This document shows positions 26,345 to 36,315 of a stretch of DNA of 37,182 nucleotides, piece after piece. The notes under the pieces were generated by a model, which saw only the letters and a program-made list of their open reading frames with translations, was not told the DNA's origin and did no database searches. Every line of letters starts with the position of its first letter. Position 1 is the stretch's first letter. This DNA comes from Promethearchaeota archaeon (GTDB lineage: Archaea > Asgardarchaeota > Lokiarchaeia > Sigyniarchaeales > SOKP01): the NCBI GenBank assembly GCA_048938855.1, contig JBHLLT010000029.1:1-37182 (forward strand), read 5' to 3'. The translations under genes and the position numbers were made by a program.

Positions 26345-27124
26345 ATGAAGACATGGAGATTTTTACCTCTAGAAGTGAATAATGGATATTGGAATATGGC
26401 GTTAGATGAAGCTATCTTACGAATGGCTATAAAGGGAAATTCTCCAAATACTTTGAGATTCTATAAATGGAAACCCTCAACAGCTAGTATTGGAAGGAAT
26501 CAGAGTTTATCAAATGAAATCAATTTCAAATTTGCACAAAAAAGTGGATTCACAGTAGTACGGCGTATTACTGGAGGTGGTGCAGTTTTTCATGATGAAA
26601 TCAGAGAAATTACTTACTCAATTGTCTGTCCTATTAAGTTTCTTGTAAATCTAGGTGCTAATAAAGTAATAGAACAATTTGAGATAATAACTCAAGGAAT
26701 TATTAAGGGTTTGAATATCTTTGGATTAAAAACAGAAAAAGATATTATTCACTGTCCTGCTCTCTTATTAGAGGGAAAAAAATTTTCTGGGAATGCACAA
26801 GTTAGAAAAAATGGTTTTATTCTTCAACACGGTACTATTTTATTAGATCTTGATCCTGAATTGATGTATTCTATATTGAAAGCACCTGAAAATGTAGGAG
26901 AATCACGGATGGTAAGATCAGTTCGCGCTAAGTGTATTGGTATTAAAAATCACATTTCAAATTTTCAAGAAACTAAACTTATTGTTTCATTAAAAAAAGG
27001 ATTCGAAAGTACATTAAGAATAAATTTAGAGGATGGAACTATTTCTGAAGTTGAGAATGTTTTAGCAGATAAATTAGTAATTGAAAAATACTCAAATTTG
27101 AATTGGTTAAATAAATATGAATAG
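26345..27124 (+). CDS. Lipoate/octanoate-protein ligase catalytic domain (LplA/LipM family)
   Basis: NMALDEA, SIGRNQ, VRRITGGGAVFHD, KKFSGNAQ and QHGTIL motifs; no C-terminal LplB domain. Confidence 0.92.
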   Translation: MKTWRFLPLEVNNGYWNMALDEAILRMAIKGNSPNTLRFYKWKPSTASIGRNQSLSNEINFKFAQKSGFTVVRRITGGGAVFHDEIREITYSIVCPIKFLVNLGANKVIEQFEIITQGIIKGLNIFGLKTEKDIIHCPALLLEGKKFSGNAQVRKNGFILQHGTILLDLDPELMYSILKAPENVGESRMVRSVRAKCIGIKNHISNFQETKLIVSLKKGFESTLRINLEDGTISEVENVLADKLVIEKYSNLNWLNKYE

Positions 27125-28172
27125 TAGTCAATTATTAGTAGAGAAATTAGAGGCTAATTCTGGATCATGGGAAGATTTTCCAAAAGTTTTGGAGTTAAAT
27201 TCAAGTGATTTGGATGTTCTTTTTACTTTAACTCAGAAGATTACACGGAAAAATTTTAACAATATTCTTAAAATATATAATCCAACCAAGAGATTTCCTG
27301 CCATTAGTATTACGGGAAGTAATTGTGCATTAGGATGTGAACATTGTAGTAAGAAATACTTGAAAGACATGAACCAAATTATAACTCCTGAAGAGCTTGA
27401 ACAATTTTTAATCAATCTATCTAATAAAAATGGGGTAGGGGCATTAATCTCAGGTGGGAGTATGATTGATGGTTCAGTACCATTATTAAAATTTTTAAAC
27501 ACTATAAAAAAAGTGAAGAAAGAAACTGATTTAATAATAAATACTCACACAGGATTATTAAAAGGAGAAACGGCAAAACGACTTGCTGAAGCAAATGTTG
27601 ATATAATATCTTTTGATATTAACATGGATGAGGAAGTAGTAAGAAATATTTATCATTTGGATATTGAATTAGATGAGTATAGAAGAGCAATAGAAACCTT
27701 AAAGAAATATAACTTAAATATAGTACCTCATATTTGCATTGGTTTATATTATGGAAAACTCAATAAAGAGTTAGAATCTATTAAGTTTATTAAAGAGACT
27801 AAAATCGATCCTTCTCTGATAGTAATCATTGTTTTAATACCCCCCAAGGACTCTAAAGTTAAATTTGAAACACCGAAACCTGAAGATATTGCTAAAGTTA
27901 TATCAATCACTAGAATTGCCTTTCCTAAAACAGAAATTTCATTGGGGTGTATGAGGCCAAGAGGAAAAATTAAGAGTCAAATTGAACAAGCTGCTATCAA
28001 AGCAGGAATCAATAGAATCGAAATTCCATCTAAAGAGACTTTGAGATGGTTAAAAAAATATAATCCAAAAATTCAACTCAAATTTTTTTCTGCTTGTTGC
28101 GCAATCCCTAATAAATTTGAAAAGTTTGCTAAAAGTAAAAATTCGGATATTAAAAGATATTTAAATATCTAA
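27117..28172 (+). CDS. lipS1: Radical SAM lipoyl synthase subunit LipS1-like
   Basis: SITGSNCALGCEHC, LISGG, LGCMRP and C-terminal ACC motifs. Confidence 0.82.
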   Translation: MNSSQLLVEKLEANSGSWEDFPKVLELNSSDLDVLFTLTQKITRKNFNNILKIYNPTKRFPAISITGSNCALGCEHCSKKYLKDMNQIITPEELEQFLINLSNKNGVGALISGGSMIDGSVPLLKFLNTIKKVKKETDLIINTHTGLLKGETAKRLAEANVDIISFDINMDEEVVRNIYHLDIELDEYRRAIETLKKYNLNIVPHICIGLYYGKLNKELESIKFIKETKIDPSLIVIIVLIPPKDSKVKFETPKPEDIAKVISITRIAFPKTEISLGCMRPRGKIKSQIEQAAIKAGINRIEIPSKETLRWLKKYNPKIQLKFFSACCAIPNKFEKFAKSKNSDIKRYLNI

Positions 28173-28184
28173 AACTGGTTTATA

Positions 28185-29597
28185 ATGAATCTTGTGAATG
28201 AAATTAAAATTTATGGATTGAAGGGAATTCCATTAATTAAAAAAGGAGATAGTATCTCTGAGATCACAATACACGCCTTAGAACAAAATAATTTAGCTTT
28301 AGAAGAAGGAGATATAATCGTTATTGCTCAATCAATCATTTCTAAAAGTAGTGGAAGAACACAGAATTTGAATAACATCATTCCAAGCGAGAAAGCTATT
28401 GAAGTTTACAAATCATTAAAGCAAAAGGCAAAAATTCATGGATTACCAGAAAAAGTACCGGAATTAGTGCAATTGATACTTGATGAGTCAAAGCAATTAG
28501 TTAAAAATGAACATGTTTTAATAACTGAAACTAAGCATGGGTTTATTTGTGCTGATGCTGGTATAGATAAGTCTAATACTGATGGCGAAGGTATTATAAC
28601 CCTGCTACCAGAGAATCCAGATCAAGATGCTGAAAGGATAAGAAAAGAATTAAAGAAAGAGACTGAAATGGACATTGCAGTAATAATATCTGATTCATTT
28701 GGTAGACCATTTAGAATAGGTGCAATTGGAATTGCTATTGGAGTATCAGGAATAAATCCAATTCGAGATATGCGGGGCAAAAAAGATTTATATGGATACG
28801 AACTTCAAACAACTATTATTGGACAGGTTGATAGCTTAGCAGCAGCAGCTCAATTGGTTATGGGAGAATCTGATGAAGGTATCCCGATAGTTTTAATAAG
28901 AGGATATAAATTTGACTTTAATGAGAAGACAACAATTAAAACTATTATAAGAAAAAAGGAAGATGATTTGTTTCTTGATGAAGAAGAAAAATATATTAAT
29001 AATCTTTTAAAAAATCGAAGGAGCTACAAATTAAATTATGAACCAGGAGATATTAAAAAAGAATGTATTGAAGAGTGTATTGATGTTGCTCGATGGGCTC
29101 CAAATGCCCATAATGCTCAACATTGGAGGTATATAATTTTTGAAAGAGATAAATTGCGTGAGAGTTTAATAGAGAAAATGAATAAAAAATTAATCGCTGA
29201 TTTAGAGAAAGACGGAAAATCAAAAGATTTCATTAAGGCGAAAATTGAAAAATCTAGAAAAAACTTCCTAAATGCCCCGATATTAATTTTATTATGCTTA
29301 GATACTTTAGATTTAGAAAAATATCCTGATCCAGAAAGAACACAGAATGAATTCATTTTAGGAATCCAAAGTATCAGTAGTTCAGCTACTTATTTACTTC
29401 TTGCATTCGAGATGAAAAAATTAGCAGCATGTTGGTATTGTGCACCACTATTTGCTAAAAATATAATAAAAAATCATTTAAAACTACCTGAATCATATAT
29501 TCCTATGGCATTTTTTACGGTTGGATATCCTATGAAACCAATAAAAGCTCCAAAACGTAAAGAGTTAAAGGAAATAATATACGAACTTAAAATTTAA
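28185..29597 (+). CDS. cofE: F420-0:gamma-glutamyl ligase fused to a nitroreductase domain (FbiB-like)
   Basis: N-terminal CofE motifs (CADAGIDKSN, IISDSFGRPFRIG, LVMGESDEGIP) followed in frame by nitroreductase motifs (RRSY, WAPNAHNAQHWRY, VGYP). Confidence 0.92.
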   Translation: MNLVNEIKIYGLKGIPLIKKGDSISEITIHALEQNNLALEEGDIIVIAQSIISKSSGRTQNLNNIIPSEKAIEVYKSLKQKAKIHGLPEKVPELVQLILDESKQLVKNEHVLITETKHGFICADAGIDKSNTDGEGIITLLPENPDQDAERIRKELKKETEMDIAVIISDSFGRPFRIGAIGIAIGVSGINPIRDMRGKKDLYGYELQTTIIGQVDSLAAAAQLVMGESDEGIPIVLIRGYKFDFNEKTTIKTIIRKKEDDLFLDEEEKYINNLLKNRRSYKLNYEPGDIKKECIEECIDVARWAPNAHNAQHWRYIIFERDKLRESLIEKMNKKLIADLEKDGKSKDFIKAKIEKSRKNFLNAPILILLCLDTLDLEKYPDPERTQNEFILGIQSISSSATYLLLAFEMKKLAACWYCAPLFAKNIIKNHLKLPESYIPMAFFTVGYPMKPIKAPKRKELKEIIYELKI

Positions 29598-29609
29598 AAG
29601 TTATATGTT

Positions 29610-30539
29610 ATGAGTGGAAATTATTATGTGTTGTTAGCCGGAGGCGTTGGAGCAGCAAAATTTATTGAAGGAATAGTTCAAGTTATTAAACCAGAATTGA
29701 TTAAAGTCATTGTAAATACCGGGGATGATATTGAGTTATTTGGTCTTAAAATTTGTCCCGATTTAGATATAATTATTTATACATTAGCAAATCTAGTTGA
29801 TAAAGAAAAAGGATGGGGTTATAAAAATGAATCTTTTAATTGTTTAAGCATTTTAAAAAAATATTATGATACTGGATGGTTTAATCTAGGAGATAAAGAT
29901 TTAGCTACTCATATATATCGAACTGACTTATATAGACAAGGTTATAATAAAGCAGAGATAACCAATTTAATATGTCAAAATTTAGGTATTAAATCTCATT
30001 TAATTCCTATGTCAAATGAAAATGTTGAGACTTTGATTACAACTCCAATTGGAACAATGCATTTTGAAGAATACTTTATTAAATATCGATGTAATCCTGA
30101 AATTCTCAACATTGAATTTAAGGGAATTGAAAAAGCACTTCCCGTTATAAATACAATAAAATATATTAAAAAAGCTAAGAAAATAATAATTTGTCCATCA
30201 AATCCTATTGTATCAATAGGAACTATTCTACAAGTAAAAGAGATTAAAGAAACTCTTTCTAAGTTTAAGGATAAGATTTTTGCAATTAGTCCAATTATAG
30301 AGGGTACCACTGTTAAGGGTCCTGCAGACAAAATGATGAAATTTTATGGTTTAGAAGTCTCTTGTAAAGGTGTAGCCCATTTCTATAAAGATTTTTTAGG
30401 CAATATGATAATTGATAATAAAGATAATGAATTAAAACAAAAAATTGAAAAATTGGGGATTAAGACTTATACATATGATACTTTAATGACAAATCTAAAG
30501 AAAAAAATAGATTTGGCTGATTTTATTCTAAACCTATAG
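29610..30539 (+). CDS. cofD: 2-phospho-L-lactate/phosphoenolpyruvate transferase CofD (FbiA)
   Basis: LAGGVGAAKF, VNTGDD, ICPDLD, WFNLGDKD, PSNPIVSI and KGPADKMM motifs. Confidence 0.96.
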   Translation: MSGNYYVLLAGGVGAAKFIEGIVQVIKPELIKVIVNTGDDIELFGLKICPDLDIIIYTLANLVDKEKGWGYKNESFNCLSILKKYYDTGWFNLGDKDLATHIYRTDLYRQGYNKAEITNLICQNLGIKSHLIPMSNENVETLITTPIGTMHFEEYFIKYRCNPEILNIEFKGIEKALPVINTIKYIKKAKKIIICPSNPIVSIGTILQVKEIKETLSKFKDKIFAISPIIEGTTVKGPADKMMKFYGLEVSCKGVAHFYKDFLGNMIIDNKDNELKQKIEKLGIKTYTYDTLMTNLKKKIDLADFILNL

Positions 30540-30559
30540 AAGAAAATCTCAGAAAATAC

Positions 30560-32026
30560 TTAAGCAGATTCAGAAGCTACTTCCTTCACTTCTTCTTCTA
30601 CAGGTGTTTGAGACTCTTCCTTTATTACATAATCCCCAACTGAAGTTAGAAGTTCTTTTATACGTCCCTCTTGCTGTAAACGAATTATCAAGTTTCTATG
30701 TTTGATGAATGAAATTAATTTTGAAATTACTGGGAATATTAACATTATGGGGGCAAGTAATATTATAATAACTTCAGGAGAATACATTACTACGCTTTCA
30801 GTAATTGCATCAGGTAATTGTAGTACTGTAGTTAAAAACCATCGTGGGTGAATAATTATGAAACTTATGATCATAAGTAAGCCAATACGATAAAGGAAAT
30901 TTAATAACGTAGAAGTAGCCAAATTTCGAGCTCTAGGGGCTGAAGAACTTGCAGTTAAAGTGTCTCTTGCTTCAGAATCTTCTCGGAAAAGGCGATCTAT
31001 ATACCTTCCAAGTCTTCTAGTTTTTGAGGCAGCAGTTACTAATTTTTTCTCCTCTTCCTCTAACTTTCTCCTTTCGATCATTTCCTTTACATATGAAAAT
31101 CGCATACCTGTTTTTGCAAAAAATTTTCCAACAACTAATCCCTCTTCTTGCTCTGATTCAATTTCCTTCCTTCTCTCTTTAGCTTCTTCTTTAATTTTAT
31201 CTATATTTGCGTTTATGAAATGTGACTCCCTTGCCAATATATTTAATTGGGCTTCTAATCGTTCACTTCTCTCAACAGAGGGTTTAGTAACTGTGATAGC
31301 GTAGTTAATTTGAAATGTAAGTTCTAGATAAATATATGATATTATTGCAAATAGAATAACTGGACTTACTAAAAACTGAAAAAGATTATCTATAGGAATT
31401 TGCCTTAAATTATCATCAAGAGGATCTGTTGCAGCCATTTGATAAATTTGTTGTATAAACTCAGGTCGATTTTCTGGTGGTAAATTTCCTATAAATAAAT
31501 CAATCATATCTCTTAGCCCCACTATCATTAAAGGGACAATAATCATAAGAACGATTGAACCAATCGCAATAAATGAATTTCTAGGATCACTTTTGAAAAA
31601 ACCTCTAATAGCATATATGACAGCGACAACGAATAGAACCTGAAAAATAAACAAATAAAGATCATTAAAAAGTACTCCTAATTCATCTAATATTAAATTG
31701 GGAATGTTATATAGCTCAGGTTGAGGGATAGAAAACCAATTACTTAAATATCCTTGAAAAAATCCCTCAACAAAGTTAAATAAACTACTATTAAATCCCC
31801 CACCAAAAATGAATGCTAAACCATAGGCGATAAGGAAAAAAAATCCATAAATAGCATATGAGAAAACATTTTTTAGTGCTCCTAAAAATGCAAAGAACAC
31901 AAATTCATTATCAGCTGTTACAACCACAGTATCAAAATGAAAGATTGAAGTAAGGAAGATAAGAAACAACCAAGCGAATAATAATAGATTAATTATTTTT
32001 AATGACAATATATATATTCGAGCCAT
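30560..32026 (-). CDS. Hypothetical polytopic membrane protein with a charged coiled-coil loop
   Basis: 488 aa with several TM segments flanking a long Glu/Lys/Arg-rich loop; 17 nt downstream of the DUF58 gene. Confidence 0.75.
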   Translation of the reverse strand: MARIYILSLKIINLLLFAWLFLIFLTSIFHFDTVVVTADNEFVFFAFLGALKNVFSYAIYGFFFLIAYGLAFIFGGGFNSSLFNFVEGFFQGYLSNWFSIPQPELYNIPNLILDELGVLFNDLYLFIFQVLFVVAVIYAIRGFFKSDPRNSFIAIGSIVLMIIVPLMIVGLRDMIDLFIGNLPPENRPEFIQQIYQMAATDPLDDNLRQIPIDNLFQFLVSPVILFAIISYIYLELTFQINYAITVTKPSVERSERLEAQLNILARESHFINANIDKIKEEAKERRKEIESEQEEGLVVGKFFAKTGMRFSYVKEMIERRKLEEEEKKLVTAASKTRRLGRYIDRLFREDSEARDTLTASSSAPRARNLATSTLLNFLYRIGLLMIISFIIIHPRWFLTTVLQLPDAITESVVMYSPEVIIILLAPIMLIFPVISKLISFIKHRNLIIRLQQEGRIKELLTSVGDYVIKEESQTPVEEEVKEVASESA

Positions 32027-32043
32027 ATCTTAAGATTCCTCCA

Positions 32044-33372
32044 TTAATATGCTTTTCCCTTCTTTTTTGCTTCCATATAATTACTTAAAACTTGATTCAT
32101 CATATCATCAGGTCCACAAGTTATAAGATTAATTCCCAAATTTCGAAGATTTTGCCTAATGGATAAAATATGTTCCATCATCTCTTCACTAATTGCTTCT
32201 GCTAGAGCCTTATCTGTTGAAGATAAATCTATTTCATGAATTTCAAACCATGGACTGAAAGGATTGATAATTATTATAGAATGATTGAATGGGATTAATT
32301 TTCTGACAGCTTGAGAAATATCCTTTGGATTTGCTTCTAAATCAGATATAATAAAAATTAAGCTGCGTTTTTGAAAGCGTTTTGTAAAATGATCCATGGC
32401 TTCTACGAACTTACATTTTCCCTGTGGTTTTATTCTTGCTACAAAATCTAAAACTTGATAAAAGTGGTCCTCTCCTGAATTTGGTCTTAAAAAATTCAAG
32501 TTTTTCTTATCTGAAAATGTAAAAATTCCAACATTATCCCTTCGTGTTAGAGCAACTTTAGTTAAAAGCATACAGGCTCTTATTGCATATTCAAATTTAG
32601 TATTTTCAATTGCTCCACCTGCCATCGTGTCAGATGAATCCACAATAATCATTACAGTTACATCTCTTTCACTTTCATATTCTTTAACTATTAAAGTCTG
32701 TGATCTAGCACTAGCTTTCCAGTCTATCAATCTAAATTGATCTCCAAAGACATATTTCCTCATTCCATAAAATTCTGATCCTAACCCTTTTTGTTTCGAT
32801 CTTTGTAAACCATAGTTTAATTGTAAAGACCGTTTTGAACCTAAAATTTCAATTCTTTTAATATCTTCGTATGGTGGATAAATAAGAATATCTGTAACAC
32901 TATCTGGTACGATACGTTCAACTGAATTAAATCCTAATCTGTCTTTTACAATTATTGATAAGGGTCCGAGAGCATATTCTCCTCTTACTTTTGGTTCAAG
33001 AACGTATGAAAATTTAATTAAATCCTTTGGTCCTATTCTAGTAGATATAAAATTCTCACCCAAGATTAACCTAAATAACTGTGGGTTATAATTATCTCTG
33101 ATTTCAATGAAATCAAAACTATTTCGACCGATGTTTTGAATAACTACCTTTACATGGACAAAATCATCTTTAAATACCTTTTCTTTCTCTAGTTCTCTAT
33201 GTACTTGTAATTCCTCTATATTCATTTTATAGTAGAAGATTGGTAAGCTAATAATGGCACTAAATAGTAGTAGAATTGCAAGGTAGATCAAGAAATAATT
33301 TACAAATGCAAATCCAGCTGTAAGAAAAAACACAGCAAATAAAATTAAACTTCTACCTTTACCTCCTAGAAT
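32044..33372 (-). CDS. DUF58 / vWA-domain protein (MoxR partner); probable ATT start at 33372 (ORF track uses GTG at 33333)
   Basis: EFYGMRKYVFGD..RLIDWKASAR, VKEYESE and MIDAS-like VDSSDTM motifs; frame stays open upstream to a TGA at 33379-33381. Confidence 0.88.
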   Translation of the reverse strand: MLGGKGRSLILFAVFFLTAGFAFVNYFLIYLAILLLFSAIISLPIFYYKMNIEELQVHRELEKEKVFKDDFVHVKVVIQNIGRNSFDFIEIRDNYNPQLFRLILGENFISTRIGPKDLIKFSYVLEPKVRGEYALGPLSIIVKDRLGFNSVERIVPDSVTDILIYPPYEDIKRIEILGSKRSLQLNYGLQRSKQKGLGSEFYGMRKYVFGDQFRLIDWKASARSQTLIVKEYESERDVTVMIIVDSSDTMAGGAIENTKFEYAIRACMLLTKVALTRRDNVGIFTFSDKKNLNFLRPNSGEDHFYQVLDFVARIKPQGKCKFVEAMDHFTKRFQKRSLIFIISDLEANPKDISQAVRKLIPFNHSIIIINPFSPWFEIHEIDLSSTDKALAEAISEEMMEHILSIRQNLRNLGINLITCGPDDMMNQVLSNYMEAKKKGKAY

Positions 33373-33440
33373 AAAATTTCACCTTGTCTAATATCTTTTC
33401 TTCTTTTTCTAATTTTTTACTCTACCATAAAAAAATTGGT

Positions 33441-34421
33441 TTAGATAGGGATGGGAATTTCCTCAACAATTGATTTAAGAACAGCTTTTGTATCAAGTCC
33501 TTCTAATTCTGCCTCAGGTTTTAAAAGAAGTCTATGATTTAATGCTGGGACTATTAATGCTCTTACATCATCGGGGGTTACATATGATCGACCGAGTATT
33601 GCTGCACGAGCTTTAGCACACTTCATAAGAGTCAAACTGGCTCTAGGACCGCATCCGAGAGCAATTTGTGGATGATTTCTAGTTTTCAAAATGAGATCGC
33701 GAACATATTTAAGAATTCGATCATCTATATAAACCAAATTCATAATTTTCTGAGCAGCAAGAATTTCATCTCCACTTGTGATTATATCAACTGATGGGGA
33801 TTCACCAGAAATTTGTCGTCGCATGATTTCTACTTCTTCATCTTGTTCAGGATAGTCTAGCCAGAGTTTAAATAAGAATCTATCGACTTGAGCTTCTGGG
33901 AGTGGATAAGTTCCTTCCATTTCTACGGGATTTTCTGTTGCAACCACGATAAACGGTTTTTCAAGCTGTAAAGTCTGACCCTCAATAGTTATTTGTCGTT
34001 CCGCCATAGCCTCAAGGAGTGCAGCCTGTGTCTTTGGAGCACTTCTGTTAATTTCATCAGCGAGTACCATGTTAGCAAAAAGTGGTCCTTTTTGAAGTAC
34101 AAATGCACCTTCATTCTGATCAAATATTTTTGTTCCTGTAATATCTGCTGGTAACAAATCAGGTGTGAATTGAACTCTTCGAAATGAAATACCAAGTGTT
34201 TTTGCAAATGTTTTTGCCATTACGGTTTTACCTAATCCAGGCACTCCTTCTAATAATACATGGCCATTAACGAGTAAAGCAATAAAGAGTTGTTGCAGAA
34301 TTTCACCATTCCCTACAATGACTCGACTTACTTCACTTAAAACTTCCTGAGCTATTTCTCTTATTGGGGCTACATCAATTTCTTCATGGTCATAATATTT
34401 TGCTTTATCTGGAGCTTCCAT
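33441..34421 (-). CDS. moxR: MoxR-family AAA+ ATPase
   Basis: GHVLLEGVPGLGKT, RVQFTPDLLPADITG, LADEINR and NPVEMEGTYPLPEAQVDRF motifs. Confidence 0.96.
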   Translation of the reverse strand: MEAPDKAKYYDHEEIDVAPIREIAQEVLSEVSRVIVGNGEILQQLFIALLVNGHVLLEGVPGLGKTVMAKTFAKTLGISFRRVQFTPDLLPADITGTKIFDQNEGAFVLQKGPLFANMVLADEINRSAPKTQAALLEAMAERQITIEGQTLQLEKPFIVVATENPVEMEGTYPLPEAQVDRFLFKLWLDYPEQDEEVEIMRRQISGESPSVDIITSGDEILAAQKIMNLVYIDDRILKYVRDLILKTRNHPQIALGCGPRASLTLMKCAKARAAILGRSYVTPDDVRALIVPALNHRLLLKPEAELEGLDTKAVLKSIVEEIPIPI

Positions 34422-34482
34422 TTATTTATAACCTCTATTTTTTTTATTTCCTTTTAATTTTTATTTGATATTGTAAAAATGA

Positions 34483-36261
34483 TTAAATATTATTAACTGC
34501 CCAATCCATCTCGAAAAATAATTCTTCGAAATCTTGTTCAGTTTTAACTTTATCCTTACCTTCTTTAATTGCTATTATTTTATCCATAAACTTGCTTAAT
34601 CTCCTCGTTTTTAATTTGGTAGTAGAAGGATCTTTTGCAAGTACCAAATCAATAACATTTTTGGTTGTAATTTTTGCTCCTCCCAACTGGCTATTTAATT
34701 TCCTTTCAAGCCTTCTATACAGCAGTTTTAATGCATCCTCATATTTCATTTTGTCTTTATATTCTTCTATCTTCTGGGCAAAAAAAGAAGATGTTCTAAA
34801 TCTTGCGATTTCTTCTTTCTTTTCCGCTTCTTCAGCTATTTTTTGTTCTTCCTTCTTCTTATCCTTCTTAGGGAGGTATTTCCTTAAAGTATAAAATGCT
34901 AAAAGAGGATAAATCCAAGCTGTAATTGGATTTGTTGATAAGTGGACAATATATTGCATGACATAACCAAATATCCCTGCTGATGAGAGATCTCTTGAAT
35001 ATTCTGGTCTTATATGCGCTTCATCAAATACCACTATCCACTCATCCTTATTTCTTCCCTCATTGACTTTTGTCAACCATTCAATTATATTTATACCAAA
35101 TTGCATATTATCATAAAGAGGATCATTTATTAGTTCATTATCAAATAGACTGGCATCGGCAGATACAAAAACTCGCTGTCTTCCCATATCATTTGCTAAA
35201 AATACCTGTTGTTCATAAACTCCAAGTGGAAAATTGGAAGGTAATGGAAATCCTAAATCAACTAAACTCATAAAACCCAAATTTAACGTATCTTCAGGTT
35301 CAGTATATCTCCCATCACCGTTTTTATCAATAAATGAGTAGCTAGATGAAGTACCTACAGAAGTCCAACCGAATGCACTTATAAAGGGACCTCCAACTGC
35401 GCAGGAAGCCACTGATAATACAACATTGCTGATACCTACTGTTGTAGGATGAGGAGCAAAATTCGTTATGACAGGAAATTCAGGTGTTGGATCATAAGAT
35501 AAGTTATCATGCAAAATCCCATCGGGAAATATTGTTAATGGAATGTTGATGGTTGGATCAAATAAACTTGATATCAAAATTTCCCATAATAATGTGCTCG
35601 TAGAACCATGGTCATGGCATATTAAAAGTGAATTAGTTCCTTTGAAAAATTTTATGAAATAAGGTATCTCAAAAATGGGATCATAATACTGATTTGGACC
35701 AAATAAAATCAGTAGAATAGATTCTTTATAATGACCATTAATCGTCGTATTTATTAATCTATCAGTAGCACTTAGACTTGATTGTACAGTCATCACATCA
35801 TATCCGTCATTTTCAATAGCTGTTTTAAAGTCTGAACCACCATTCCAACCTAGTTTATTATAAACTGAAAAATTTTGAGTATTTTTTCCTCCATCAATAA
35901 TGGAAGAAAGTAAAGGGATAAACACAAAAATAAAGATAATGACAAATAATGCTTGCTTATAAATCGAACCAGATTTAATTTTCTTTCGGGATTGTGATTG
36001 ACGCACTTTTATAGTTGTTGCATTTCTTAGAAATATAATAAGAAAAATACCACAAAAAATTGCTGCAAAATAGCATAATAGAGGTATATAGGTTATAAAA
36101 CCCCACCAAGCGGGTAAGGCACCTGGATTTTCTAATTGTATGTGAATAATGAAATCACTAATTATAATTCCAAAAATAACTAAGTATATTATTAAGAATG
36201 AGAACACTATTCCTTTTGAAATATTAATGCTCTTTTGAGAAGCTTTTTTTTGTTTCACCAT
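34483..36261 (-). CDS. Membrane-anchored DUF4350/GldG-like protein
   Basis: Three N-terminal TM helices, FSVYN..WNGGSDF, ADASLFDNELI..DNMQF, VVFDEAH, a further TM and a helical tail; position in a MoxR operon. Confidence 0.68.
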   Translation of the reverse strand: MVKQKKASQKSINISKGIVFSFLIIYLVIFGIIISDFIIHIQLENPGALPAWWGFITYIPLLCYFAAIFCGIFLIIFLRNATTIKVRQSQSRKKIKSGSIYKQALFVIIFIFVFIPLLSSIIDGGKNTQNFSVYNKLGWNGGSDFKTAIENDGYDVMTVQSSLSATDRLINTTINGHYKESILLILFGPNQYYDPIFEIPYFIKFFKGTNSLLICHDHGSTSTLLWEILISSLFDPTINIPLTIFPDGILHDNLSYDPTPEFPVITNFAPHPTTVGISNVVLSVASCAVGGPFISAFGWTSVGTSSSYSFIDKNGDGRYTEPEDTLNLGFMSLVDLGFPLPSNFPLGVYEQQVFLANDMGRQRVFVSADASLFDNELINDPLYDNMQFGINIIEWLTKVNEGRNKDEWIVVFDEAHIRPEYSRDLSSAGIFGYVMQYIVHLSTNPITAWIYPLLAFYTLRKYLPKKDKKKEEQKIAEEAEKKEEIARFRTSSFFAQKIEEYKDKMKYEDALKLLYRRLERKLNSQLGGAKITTKNVIDLVLAKDPSTTKLKTRRLSKFMDKIIAIKEGKDKVKTEQDFEELFFEMDWAVNNI

Positions 36262-36315
36262 TGTGATTACTTTTTAAAACCTTGAAATTATATCTAATTT
36301 TAATTCTAAATAAAC

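Noticed and set aside
33379-33381. In-frame TGA upstream of the DUF58 gene as selenocysteine, readthrough or pseudogene lesion
   Set aside because: The TGA is part of the Shine-Dalgarno-like AGGTGA, and only about 60 nt separate it from the moxR stop.
2339-35273. Short ORF-track entries overlapping long genes (2339, 3505, 4606, 6729, 7317, 8931, 9470, 11390, 13058, 18469, 19991, 20946, 23558, 24040, 25843, 27233, 29117, 29996, 30960, 33989, 34592, 35070)
   Set aside because: All lie antisense to or out of frame within well-supported genes and show no recognisable motifs; treated as shadow ORFs.
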